From Podarcis tiliguerta (Eukaryota), in the NCBI GenBank assembly GCA_965153285.1, contig OZ229118.1: a DNA stretch of 64,000 bases, one strand, 5' to 3'. The number at the start of each line of letters is the position of its first letter. The first letter of the stretch is position 1. The position numbers were made by a program, and so were the translations under genes. Positions 26,601 through 38,039 of the stretch are shown here, piece by piece. Under the pieces are notes generated by a model. That model did no database searches and was not told where the DNA came from. It saw only the letters and a program-made list of their open reading frames with translations.

Positions 26601-27506
26601 GCGCACTAGGGCGTGCCATTTTAGGGGTGATTGCTTACATCATGTTTTTAGTTTGCAATTCAGTGCTGGCCTGTTTCTTAAGTTGCTTTTTTCTATATAG
26701 GGATTCATCTGTGCGTACGTAGTTTGGCCGGCTCCAGTTAGTGTGCCAATAATGGAAACATCACTCACATTATCCCTGATATAATATAATACACATGCTC
26801 ATTCGTCCACAAAAAATATTTCCCAGAGTGAAATGCAACGTGGCCCACTCTCAGTTCAGTTGCTGAAATGGTTCTGTGAAGGAGGCTGCTCACACATTAC
26901 ATCAAGCTATCATTCCTTAGAAGCCAAGGATATTAGCAGCTCCTTTTTCTAGAAACCACTGGGCTGAATTTACTGAGGCCTTCAGTAAGCACCCTGGTCC
27001 CTTAATATCAGCCCTCCCAACTGGCTGCAATTAGCAGAGCTTGCTCTGGAAAAGCCAAATTAATTAGCTGGCATAGAGAGCTAATCGCCTGTCCACCCAT
27101 ACAAAAGAGATGATCCTTACAGGAGGAAGGGTCGGTGGCAGAAATCACTCTGGAGACAGTCTCTGTGTGCTCTAAGTGCCAGCCTATGAATAAATCTGTC
27201 ATCAAATCCCTGCCTTGCAACATTAGGAAACACAAATACTCAAATATGCATGTATACTCAAATATATAAACTTTCTCCTTGCCAAATACCAGGTTTGAAA
27301 TAGATCATTCTCTGCCATTGTTCCCGTTAACTCCTCCATGGCCAAAAACTAACCTTGCTCTGCTGGAGAGTGCATTTTGTTGTTCCCACAGTACATTATT
27401 TGTTGAAATAAATATGGAAATAAGGCTGAGCAAGACAGCCAGACTGAAATAAATTCATCACTCACAGGCTCTCAAGGGAAGAAAACTGTGCATTTCCCCC
27501 CCTAAA

Positions 27507-27640
27507 NNNNNNNNNNNNNNNNNNNNNNNNNNNNNNNNNNNNNNNNNNNNNNNNNNNNNNNNNNNNNNNNNNNNNNNNNNNNNNNNNNNNNNNNNNNNNN
27601 NNNNNNNNNNNNNNNNNNNNNNNNNNNNNNNNNNNNNNNN
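27507..27640. other. Assembly gap (134 N)
   Basis: Run of N. Confidence 1.
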
Positions 27641-28001
27641 AAGGAGAAGAACCAATTGTTCACCCTCATGATCTAGTAAGATCTTGCCTGATTCCTTAGC
27701 AGGATGAGGGTGATTGTGGTTCATCGCAAACGCTGAGCAGTACCAAAGGATGGAGTGCAAGCACTGCCTTAGAAAGGGATGAAAACAAACCATTACACAC
27801 AAACATTTGTAGTACAGGCAACTCCCCATTTGTGCACATTTGAGGCACGCACAGCCACAGACTCGCATGCAGTTTTTGATACCAGAAGGGGGTGGGATAA
27901 GGCAGGGTGGGCTTACACACATCCTGCTGATGCATGTGGTGCCTTGGAATGCAACCCCCCCACAGAAATGGGGAGTTGCCTGTACTCATCTCCAAAATAT
28001 A

Positions 28002-28210
28002 CAGTGGTACCTCGGGTTACATACGCTTCAGGCTACAGACTCCGCTAACCCAGAAATAGTACCTCGGGTTAAGAACTTTGCTTCAGGATGAGAACAGAAA
28101 TTGTTCTCTAGCGGCATGGTGGCAGCGGGAGGCCCCATTAGCTAAAGTGGTGCTTCAGGTTAAGAACGGACCTCCAGAACAAATTAAGTACTTAACCCGA
28201 GGTACCACTG
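28002..28210. mobile_element. Tigger-like Tc1/mariner MITE
   Basis: Same TIRs and body as 16894-17119; left TA retained. Confidence 0.9.
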
Positions 28211-28252
28211 TTTCCACTTTAGGAATTGCCTTGCAATACATATAGGAAGATT

Positions 28253-28622
28253 GGGACGCGGGTGGCGCTGTGGGTAAAAGCCTCAGCGCCTAGGGCTTGC
28301 CGATCGAAAGGTCGGCGGTTCAAATCTCCGCGGCGGGGTGCACTCCCGTTGCTCGGTCCCAGCGCCTGCCAACCTAGCAGTTCGAAAGCACCCCGGGTGC
28401 AAGTAGATAAATAGGGACCACTTACTGGCGGGAAGGTAAACGGCGTTTCCGTGTGCTGCGCTGGCTCACCAGATGCGGCTTTGTCACACTGGCCACGTGA
28501 CCCGGAAGTGTCTCCGGACAGCGCTGCCCCCCAGCCTCTTGAGTGAGATGGGCACACAACCCTAGAGTCTGTCAAGACTGGCCCGTACGGGCAGGGGTAC
28601 CTTTACCTTTACCTTTACCTTT
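28253..28622 (+). mobile_element. Full-length Sauria (POM-type) SINE, young subfamily
   Basis: gggacgcgggtggcgctgtggg head, B box ggttcaaatct, (ACCTTT)4 tail, perfect TSD acatataggaagat (28238-28251 / 28623-28636). Confidence 0.95.
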
Positions 28623-30408
28623 ACATATAGGAAGATCCATTCTATGGGATGGGCATTGGAAGCTGTTTAAGATGCCACTGAAATCAACTGGAGTGGGGGA
28701 GGAAAAAGGGTTGGAGGCGAAGCGGAGGTCACCTCACTTATTCATAAGAACCTTCATGTAGCTTCCTTCACTCACAAATTCCCATGGAAACAGAAATCCG
28801 CTGCAAATTACTAAACCCTGCTTGTAAAAATAATTCACCACATTCTCTGTTTACTCCAAGCTGCACTGCACAGATCTGTTTACTTGCAAAGCAGAATTTC
28901 TACCTGAACAGGACAGGAAAAGATGGGAAAAAGCAAGCAACAGGGAGCCGTGAGTGTGATAGCAGACTAGCAAACAGCGGTTAAGAGAACAAACAGAAAC
29001 TTTGTCAAACAGCCGACAAGGCAGCATTTTCACATGCTGCTGTTAAGACAGCTTCACTTGTGAGCAGGGCATCTACCACCAATGCAGGATTCTCAGCATC
29101 AATGCAAACTGATTTAAGCATCACTTGTGAACAGTGGCCTTTGTTCCCCCAAGGAGCTTCCCGTCACAATTAACTAAGGCTGGAGCTGCACCCAACATTA
29201 AAAGTGTGTTTGCTGCCAAGAGTGGCAACTCTGCATGTAATTATAATCTCTGTAACATTTGGAACAAATTAGTCTTGCTCTGATGTCAAAGCATTGGATA
29301 TTTCCCTACTCTACACTCATCTTATCAATAGTCACCAACGGGTGGGGATTGGGTAGGGCAGGCTGGCAACTGAAACAGACAATACATTGCATCACATATT
29401 AAGCTTCCCTGTGCATTATATAGGTGCAGGGGTGTTAAAAAGGGTTGCTCTTTTCAGTGGCAGCCTCAAGGAATCTGCTAGGTACCCAAATCACCACACC
29501 CTACAGAAGGTTTGACATTAAAAAGCAATGCAACAAGAACAAAAAGCTTCAGTGTTGAGATAGTGGCATTATAATTCACAGTCTTGCAGTACAAGTGGGG
29601 AACTTCAACAAACACAGTGTGGAGTGGTGCTGCCTGTGGCTGGAGCCCTGCCCTCTTCTAGGATACTCCATTCACCCTTGTTTTCTGCCTCCACTTTCAG
29701 CAGTTAATCAGAATTCTGTGGCGGCTGGGTATGCTCACTTCCCACTGGGATGTTTTCAGGCAGGCTCTCCCCTGATACTTTTCCTCCCTTAAGACTTCTG
29801 TTTTGTACAAAGTTTCCCCAAGCCGACTGACACTTCCTTTTTGTGCATGAACGGTGCTGTTCTGAGTAGAAAAGGACCAACACTTGGAACATCATGATTG
29901 CTATTAGTATACAGAAGTGGGATCTGCAAAACAATATTGCTCTGGCTCTGTATTTCAACCAGCCAGCCATGTCTTTCTTCAAAATATTCCATTCCATTCC
30001 GTTCACCAACCCATGTGGTATTCTGTTCCTCCTCCTCCAGTCTGCATTCTGTAGCACTGAACATGCTCATTGGTCTGCTTTCTGGAATGTTTGCCTATTT
30101 GCATTCCCCCTCTAAATACTTTGTCCTAATTCTGTAAATTTTGGGGCTTGCCCATGCCTGCTAATACCTTGCTTTTGTGCATGGATGGTGCTGTTTCGGC
30201 TACATAACCAATGGCACTCACCACCAAACATCAGAAATGGAGTGAACAATAGCAATGTGCTTGTAACAGCAAGAGGTTTGGTGAAGGTGGGGGTCTCCAT
30301 TGGACAAAAAACACAAGGCCGTTCAATTATGATGAAGATGTAGTCATGAAATTTTTATTATTTTGTGTTTTATTTATTTATTTATTTATAAGAATGTTTA
30401 TACGCCTC

Positions 30409-30843
30409 TGTCAGGGAACTGCCATCAGTGCCAGAGGGAGAGAGCAAAATCCAGAGGGATTCCGGAGAGCGTCCCGGGATTGGGAGAGGCAGCCCATCTT
30501 CTGGGGAAGAGAATCAGCGTAGCACCAGTGGAGAAGGGGGGCAGATGGGGGAAGCAGTGAGGCGGTCCCATGACTCCTTGCCAGGGACCAGTGGGGAGAG
30601 TAGAGGTCCTCCGCTGCCTACGCCCTCCTTGCGCAGAAGGCTTTCACGCAGAGAGAGTAGGAGAAGACTAGGCGTCAAAGAGCTTCTTTGCTGGAAGAAG
30701 TTTAAGAAACGCCCACTGACGGATTCTGCAAGCGATTGAGACAGCCACGGGTGAGTGGCTGTCCAGACAGAAAAGGTTCACTCGGGCAACCCAGCCAGGT
30801 GTTTGCACCGGCTTACGCACGAGCAACCCCTAGAACCATTACA
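30409..30843 (+). mobile_element. Solo LTR (435 bp), copy 1
   Basis: TGTCA...TTACA ends, perfect 5-bp TSD GCCTC (30404-30408 / 30844-30848), about 80% identical to 37474-37908. Strand is given by the conserved ORF; true LTR polarity is uncertain. Confidence 0.88.
30410..30739 (+). CDS. Putative LTR-encoded arginine-rich protein (C-terminal part; internal ATG at 30545 gives 64 aa)
   Basis: 109 codons open from LTR base 2; same frame and stop in copy 2; synonymous excess in the last 42 codons. Confidence 0.5.
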   Translation, partial: VRELPSVPEGESKIQRDSGERPGIGRGSPSSGEENQRSTSGEGGQMGEAVRRSHDSLPGTSGESRGPPLPTPSLRRRLSRRESRRRLGVKELLCWKKFKKRPLTDSASD

Positions 30844-31133
30844 GCCTCCATTCTGGTTCTAAAATTAAAACTACCCTATGCATCTAACAGTGTAAAACAA
30901 AAATGAAATAAATCTAAATTAAAGTTTAAAACACATAACAGCAGATATGCAACCAAACACTTTTTTTAAAAAAAGGGAATCAGAACAATGGCCTGATGAA
31001 ATTAAAAACAAAACAAAACAAAACATTTCCAAAAGCCAAATAGCCAAGCAAATCTTCTGGGCCGGAGAGTTCTAAAATTTGGATGCTGCAATTGAGAAGC
31101 AGCCCCACCAGTCATGCCTCAGATGGGGTGGAA

Positions 31134-31307
31134 CAGGAGTTGTCAACCTGGTCCCTACCACCCACTAGTGGGCGTTTCGGGGTTCTAGGTGGGCGGTAGA
31201 GGGTTCTACAGCACAAGCTGAATCCCATTGAGCACTGGTGGGCTTGATTTTACCATCAAGAAAGATGCATTAGTGGGCGGTAGGTATAAAAAGGTTGACT
31301 ATGCCTG
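31134..31307. mobile_element. hAT MITE
   Basis: TIR caggagttgtcaacct / aggttgactatgcctg and an 8-bp TSD gggtggaa/ggatggaa. Confidence 0.8.
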
Positions 31308-34300
31308 GGATGGAACATGCAAGAGGACCTCGTCTGCTGACTTTAGTGGATGGATGCAATTATATGAGAGGAGACATCCTTTCAAGTGTCTTGGTCCCAA
31401 GCCATTTATGGCTTTAAAGGTAATAGTCAGTTTAAATGATATAAAAAAGGAATCACATACTCCCTAACCTGGCACTGGTCAAAATCCTTGTTGCAGTGTT
31501 TTGCATTAGATTTTCAATTAAATATGGATTTTCAATTTGAACCTCTCAATTTCATGTGCTTTAAAGGGGGTGGGGTATGAGCGTAGGCTTGCACAGAAAC
31601 AGACAAAGGCTCTGTGACATATTTTAGATGGATTACAGTCATGCATCAGCGCAAGTGGTTCCCTAATGCTCATTGAAGACTGTCCCCTCTCTCTGCCCTA
31701 TTGAATCTAGCCATATCCTCTCTAAACAACCTCGTGGGATTCCAAAAAGGCAGTTTCTTGTCTGTCAAACCTGCTCCACTTGTCATCTGATTTATGGTTA
31801 CAGAATGGTAAACAAAAAGACCTAAGGCTCAGTGACAGGGTTCTTAATTCAGAGCATGTTGCATTTCAGTTTATTGTATGCTCAATTTCAGTTAATCAGA
31901 TCAGCTGCTAACAAAAATGGTAACTGTAATCTCAGTTATGTGTTCTGGATTATATCTGCCAAATCATTAGAGAGGTGATTGCTGGTGAGTTTGTATCCTT
32001 CACAATCTCCTACCAGGACCAGTTAAACAGTGGTAGTGATATCCACAGATATTCATGGGGAACACTGAATTAATTAAATGAGTATTTTTTTAAAAAAACA
32101 GACAAAATGGGAGACAGGATCTCTTGCTTTAATAAAAATATTAATATATTTCTAGGAAAGATTGCATAGAGTTAAAAGAGTGGTAAATTTTTGATAGAGA
32201 CAAATTACCCACAATGAAGACATAATTTATTATCCATCATTACATGACAGTTTTAAAAATCAACCGCAAAAAATCTATTTGTAGTACTGCGTTTCAAAAT
32301 AATTGCTAGAGGAGAATGGAAATTTCTCCTTCACTCTATTTGAAAGTGGGGGGGGGGGAGCACTTTCATTTTTTAAGAAAATGTCCAAATAGCTGAATTT
32401 TTTTATCTACTATACTAGAAATATACTCCTGATTTAGTTAAGCCTCGCCAAAAGATGCAGTTTTGTTATTTTATTTTTAATACTCCGACCAATTGATGGT
32501 CTTTGGAGCAAGTTATATTCAGCCAACATTTCTGACAGTGATGTAATTTGGACACAATCCTGCCAAATCAAACTGGTGTGTTTTTTTAAAAAATAATAAT
32601 TTATGATTGTTAAACCCAGGAAAACATTGTGCCATGTCCTATAGCCACCACCACACCTTTAGGACTATTCATGCTTCTCTGTAATTATGCTATATAAATG
32701 GTACCTCTGAACAATATCGAATTTGGTGTTGAAAGTTATTATCTCAGCCCTGATTGTTTTGGGAAGCAACTGGTGCCCCAATTCAGCAAGCATTACCAAG
32801 ACATGGAAGCAGGCACATGATCAGATATGGATGCACACCTGAATTTGTAATGATAATGTGCAACTGGACATGAAGTATCCAATGCACCCAGCTTGCTCTG
32901 CGGCATCAGGATGTGCATTCACATCCGCCTCGCAATACAGATAGGAATGTGCATTGCCATTGTCACTCCTTTGGGCTAAGAATCATGTGTGAATGATTCT
33001 GACTGGATCAGGGCTTGGAAATCTACTTCCAAAACAGCCAAGGCAGAAAAGGAAGGTATAAGAATGTGCTGTTATTGCCACACTGCTGACACACACACAC
33101 ACAAACATATCAGAGAAGGAAAACAGAAGGGAAAATGAGATTATTATTATTTTTAAATCAGCCAATATATCTGAGTTGGATTTTCTTTTTCCTTTAGCAA
33201 TTGCCATTCTCGGGCGCTATGGTGAAATGGAAATGTTACAGCAAGCTAACTAGGTATCAAAAGCACCTCGGTGACTCATTCTGACACCCTGGTCTGTCTC
33301 AATAGCTTTTCAGGGGGACAGAGATATAAAAGACGTGTGGCCGGGGTAGAGGCAGGGTGGGGGATGTGAGGGAACGAGAGGTTGAAATTGGTGCACTCAG
33401 CTATGTCAATTCCCCTCCTCCTAGCTTAGAGCAGTGAGCATAAAGACCAGATGCTCTATCGGTATCATTTCTGAAGTACTCTAATGAATCTGACCCCAGG
33501 CTGCAGCTTTAAAAGAGTGCAGTGGCGTGTCAATGTAAACAGCTAAAACTAGTGTCGTGTCAAGTGGTAACAAGGCCACTGCCATTTTTACAAGCACTGT
33601 GCACTTAGCAGATAAAAGAGAGCAACCTATCACTGCTCTTCCACAAGCCTCCACTTATCAACAACAAGAAACAATGCCTTGCAAGATCACTGTTACTTGG
33701 TCCCCGTAATAGAAAGTCCTATTTCTTACATGCTGCCTTCATAATATTCATAACCACCAACGTATGGGATTTCATAGCCCTAAAAAAGAACAGGTATTAT
33801 TATTCTGTAGAAACTGCTAATAACTTTCTGCATTAAAAATAAAATGAATGGTATTTGTGCAGTGTTAAATGGGAGAGCTAACAGTGAGCAAAGTCTTTTT
33901 TTGAGGGGGGACACCCTCAATAAGTAGGCTTTATTTGTCCAATGCCAAGCAGATGCTTGCCATCTCTGTCAGGCATCTCAATGGCACTGCAAACATGCAA
34001 GCAGAGAAAGGTATCAAACTGCATTGTTTAAGGCACCTGTTCAAAAAAACAAAACAGAAAGGGCAAATTGTCCATTTCCTTAGAGAATTCTGCATGCACA
34101 CACCAATGTACATTCAACCCCTCCCCCCATCCTGAGAACTGTAGTTTACCGCTCACAGAACTGTGACTCCCAATACCCTTAACAAACTACAGCCCCAAGG
34201 ATACTTGGTGGTGTGTGCTTTCAATTTATGGTGTGTACACAGTCCCTGCGTCCTGTGACATGTAAAACTGGATATGCTTAGCTGTCTTGGATGCTTAGCT

Positions 34301-34346
34301 GCCCCTGCTGCTGCTGCTTCTTTTTTGGTAGGGTAATTGCTTAATA

Positions 34347-34710
34347 GGGACGCGGGTGGCGCTGTGGGTAAAAGCCTCAGCGCCTAGGGCTTGCCGATCG
34401 AAAGGTCGGTGGTTCGAATCCCCGCGACGGGGTGCGCTCCCACTGTTCGGTCCCAGCGCCTGCCAACCTAGCAGTTCGAAAGCACTCCCAGGTGCAATTA
34501 GATAAATAGGGACCGCTTACCAGCGGGAAGGTAAACGGCGTTTCCGTGTGCAGCTCTGGCTCGCCAGAGCAGCGATGTCACGCTGGCCATGTGACCCGGA
34601 AGTGTCTCTGGACAGCGCTGGCCCCCAGCCTCTTGAGTGCGATGGGCGCACAACCCTAGAATCTGTCAAGACTGGCCCGTACGGGCAGGGGTACCTTTAC
34701 CTTTACCTTT
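34347..34710 (+). mobile_element. Full-length Sauria (POM-type) SINE, young subfamily
   Basis: tRNA head with B box ggttcgaatcc, (ACCTTT)3 tail, TSD taattgcttaat. Confidence 0.95.
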
Positions 34711-35494
34711 AATTGCTTAATTATTGATTAATTTCACCACCGCTTCATCTCATAGGGGACCCTTAAAAAAAAATAACAGCCCACCTTCCACATACTAAAT
34801 TAGCACTCAGAATGGCAAACACAATTCAAAATATAATAAAACAAATGTATAACGTCAAAACGTAAGAACAAGAACTGAGACTGAGAGTAGTAGGTTAGCA
34901 TTGGGGATGCAGGAGAAGAGAACACTCCAGAGGGGTGGCCTTGGCAGGTCCTCCAGAAAGCCAAGGTTAATCTGTCAAAAGTCCTCTTAAGGCCACTTTG
35001 GGATCAAAGTAGTAATCTATAAGCATGTCCTTATCAGGATACAATAGAACAGGCGAGGAATCCCCCTGTAGCTGCTACTTCTGCAGCTCTCTGCACTCTT
35101 GGGTGGTTATCGAAGCACAAAACTGGAAAGTCTTGACTTGGCCTGGAAAACACTGGCAATGTCCCCCCAAGATGACAATGGGAAACTAGCCGGGTTCTCT
35201 GCACGGTCTGCATCAAACCTTAGTTGCTGCTGTCAGCTGTGTAAATGGTTGGGGGCCTGGAAGAGTCATGCTTTTGGTACTTGGGTCTTGAAACAGCACA
35301 TCCTGTCCCTTACAAATGATGTGGACTCAGGATCTGCACACAAGTGATTTGAAAATCCTCATCTTACTCATAATTCTGTATAGTTAAAAGGAATCGCATT
35401 GGCAGAAACAATTAAGAAACAACAGGAAAATCCATTTTTAAACAAATTTAGGCATCGAAATTCAGAACCCGGTATCATAATAGAAAATTCAGAT

Positions 35495-35656
35495 AAACCT
35501 GACATTTAGAAGACATCTGAAGGCAGCCCTGTTTAGGGAAGTTTTTAATGTGTAACATTTTAATGTATTTTTAATCTTTGTTGGAAGCCACCCAGAGTGG
35601 TTGGGAAAACCCAGCCAGATGGGCAGGGTACAAATAATAAATTATTATTATTATTA
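35495..35656 (+). mobile_element. LINE (L2-like) 3' end, 5'-truncated
   Basis: End of ORF (TFRRHLKAALFREVF), 3'UTR ggaagccacccagagtggttggg, (ATT)n tail. Confidence 0.75.
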
Positions 35657-37110
35657 CCTATTCTTTCAATGTATAAATGCACTAAAATGCAAGAAAATTT
35701 GGAAGTTCATGAAAAGAAATACCTTTCTGGACCCCTTAGGTTTCAATGGCTGAGGACTTGTGTTTGGTGCAACTTTGGATGTTCAGATAAGTGGGGAAAA
35801 TATGTAATGCAAGTGAGCTCACACTTCCTGTTTTTGTGATTCTGTATAGGGCTTTGGACATGGCTGGGAGCTGCATATGTTTTTTCAGCATCTGGATTTC
35901 ACTCATTTCCCTATGGACAAGATGCTCCAGTCTGCACTTTGGGTGTTACACAGAAACATCAAAACAGGAAGTGCAAGCTCATTCATGCTTCCTGTTTCAC
36001 CTGTTTGTCAAACATCCAAAGCCATTTATGAGGTTCCATCACTGTCATCACAGCCGCAGAGAGTCAAAGCACAGTGTTATACAGATGTATAATTAATACA
36101 GTAAGCCTCTCCTTTATTAAAAACACACCAGTTTCCAATATTTCTAAGGCAGCTACACAATGGAGGAATAAACCCTCCCCCTCCCCCAGTCTGCTTAGTA
36201 TGGACACTCTGGGGCATGTTCACCTCATCAAGTAACTCCCATTAGCTTTAATAACAATTACATGCATGCATAAAGAGCTGCATATACTCCTTGTTAAGCA
36301 TCTCTGAGTGACACTTCCACTGATACAAAAGAGCAGGTTAGCCTATTTGGAGCCATTATTGCCCTATTTGGTTAAAAATTCATGTGCAAAAGGTGTGTCC
36401 AATTAGACACACAGATGACACCTTCTGTTATCAAAACAGCAACCATCCAGAAGTGGCTCTACACACAAAAAGAAATAACTAATAATTAATAGTTCATATT
36501 GTAAAATAATCCTAAATGTGATGTGGTAATTTCACACTGCACTTTGAAACATTTGTTAGTCTTTTATAACACTACGCGCTGCATAAGCTACCAACCCACC
36601 TATCTTTTAATCTGTTGAACCCCATCTGTTACTTGCTCTTACCATAACTTTTAGCCTCAGCTGATAACTACTTTTCCAAGGTGGCAATGATGACAAGTCC
36701 CACCAAAACAGTCACTGCTTTCTCTCCTTCCAGAAAGGCCCACTATTTGTTTATTATTGACCTCTAAGATTTGCCTTCAGCTTCTCAGCAGGGAGTTTTT
36801 GCTTCCTCGATTGAAATGTTCACATCTATCAGTATCCATTCCACCAGGCTATGGAAGAGATGGGGCTTCAAGGCTGGAGAATGACAACTTTTGTCACCTC
36901 CACTCCTTGAACACATCCCAGGTAATACTTACAAGAACCCTGTAACTAAGTAGCAGTACTCCCCCCCAACACCTCTCTTTAATCCTGTTTTTCAGATTGT
37001 AAACCGAAAGGAAGAAATTGTCTTATTTTGGATATTTGTAAACCACCCCCAGGGAGCCTTTTTTGCAGCCAAAGAGCAAAATATATATGCTTGAAATAAG
37101 TAAAACATAA

Positions 37111-37260
37111 ATATAGAACGAGCTTTGTTGGATCAGACTGAGGCTTCAAATTCTCCAGCATTCTGTTCCTAGAAGAGGCTAGCCAGCTGCCTCTGAGAAG
37201 CTCAAAAGCAGGAGAAGATGGCAACAGCCACCCTCATTTGTCCTCTGCAACCAATATTCA
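37111..37260 (-). mobile_element. CR1 3'UTR remnant
   Basis: ttggatcagactgaggc...ccagcattctgttcc motif, like 21782-21860. Confidence 0.55.
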
Positions 37261-37473
37261 GAGGTTCCTGCAGCACTATTCATGTGTTCAAAGGAATGTG
37301 TGAGTGCAGACCTAAACCGGGGAGGGAGAGTGAACACCTACACACCAGCCTTGGCTCCGAATGCTCCAGCCCATGCTCCACCACCAACCTCCACACATTG
37401 AATGAGGATGTCTGAAGGGGGCTCAGCTGTACATGCTTACAAGCGTCCTCGTAACGAAACCTTGATAATGCAG

Positions 37474-37908
37474 TGTAATGGTTCTAGGGGTTGCTCGTGC
37501 GTAAGTTGCCGCCACTCCTGGCTAGGTTACCTGGTTGAACCCTTTCTGTCTGGGCAGCCTCAAGTTTCGTGGCTGCCTCAGTCACTGGCAGAATCCATCA
37601 GTGGGTGTTTCTTGAACCTCTTCCAGCATAAAAGCTGTTTGACGCCCAGTCTTCTCCTAGTCTCCCTGCACGGAAGTCTTCTGCGCAGAGAGGGTGTGGG
37701 CAGCGGAGTACTCGTACTCTCTCCGCTGGTGTCCGGTGAGGAGTCCTGGAGCCACCTCTCCGATTCCCCCATCTGCCCCCCTTCTCCCCAGGCGTTACGC
37801 TGATTTCCTTCCCCAGCGGATGGGCTGCCTCTCTCCCTACTGGGACCCTCTCTGGCATCCCTCTGGAGCCTTCTCTCCGCCTCCAGCTCCGGTGGCAGTT
37901 CCCTGACA
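37474..37908 (-). mobile_element. Solo LTR (435 bp), copy 2
   Basis: TGTAA...TGACA ends, perfect 5-bp TSD TGCAG (37469-37473 / 37909-37913), reverse-complement homologue of copy 1. Confidence 0.88.
37578..37907 (-). CDS. Putative LTR-encoded arginine-rich protein, copy 2
   Basis: Colinear 109-codon frame ending PLPTPSLRRRLPCRETRRRLGVKQLLCWKRFKKHPLMDSASD*. Confidence 0.5.
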   Translation of the reverse strand, partial: VRELPPELEAERRLQRDAREGPSRERGSPSAGEGNQRNAWGEGGQMGESERWLQDSSPDTSGESTSTPLPTPSLRRRLPCRETRRRLGVKQLLCWKRFKKHPLMDSASD

Positions 37909-38012
37909 TGCAGGCTTCCCAATTGTAGGGTCCACCCATGAGGCAAGGTGAGAAGACTGCTTTGGGCAGCAGCACCCACAGAAGCAGTAGATCCAGCTTC
38001 CAAGGAATGCAT

Positions 38013-38039
38013 TGCTGCTGCTGCTGCTGCTGCTGCTGC
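38013..38039. repeat. (TGC)9 trinucleotide repeat
   Basis: Direct tandem repeat. Confidence 0.95.

Larger units (their letters stand above)
30352..31450 (-). mobile_element. L2-clade LINE 3' remnant hosting an LTR and a hAT MITE
   Basis: (TTTA)n tail at 30352-30390; L2-like cctttcaagtgtcttggtcccaagccatttatggctttaaagg near 31380-31420. Confidence 0.55.

Noticed and set aside
28253-28335. tRNA-like A and B boxes
   Set aside because: These are SINE heads, not tRNA genes; the same applies to the other SINE copies.
37402-37803. Antisense ORF in LTR copy 2 sharing wobble positions with the arginine-rich frame
   Set aside because: Likely a shadow ORF. In copy 1 it is broken by indels and an early TGA, and the Leu changes TTG/CTG and CTT/TTA are silent only on the arginine-rich strand.
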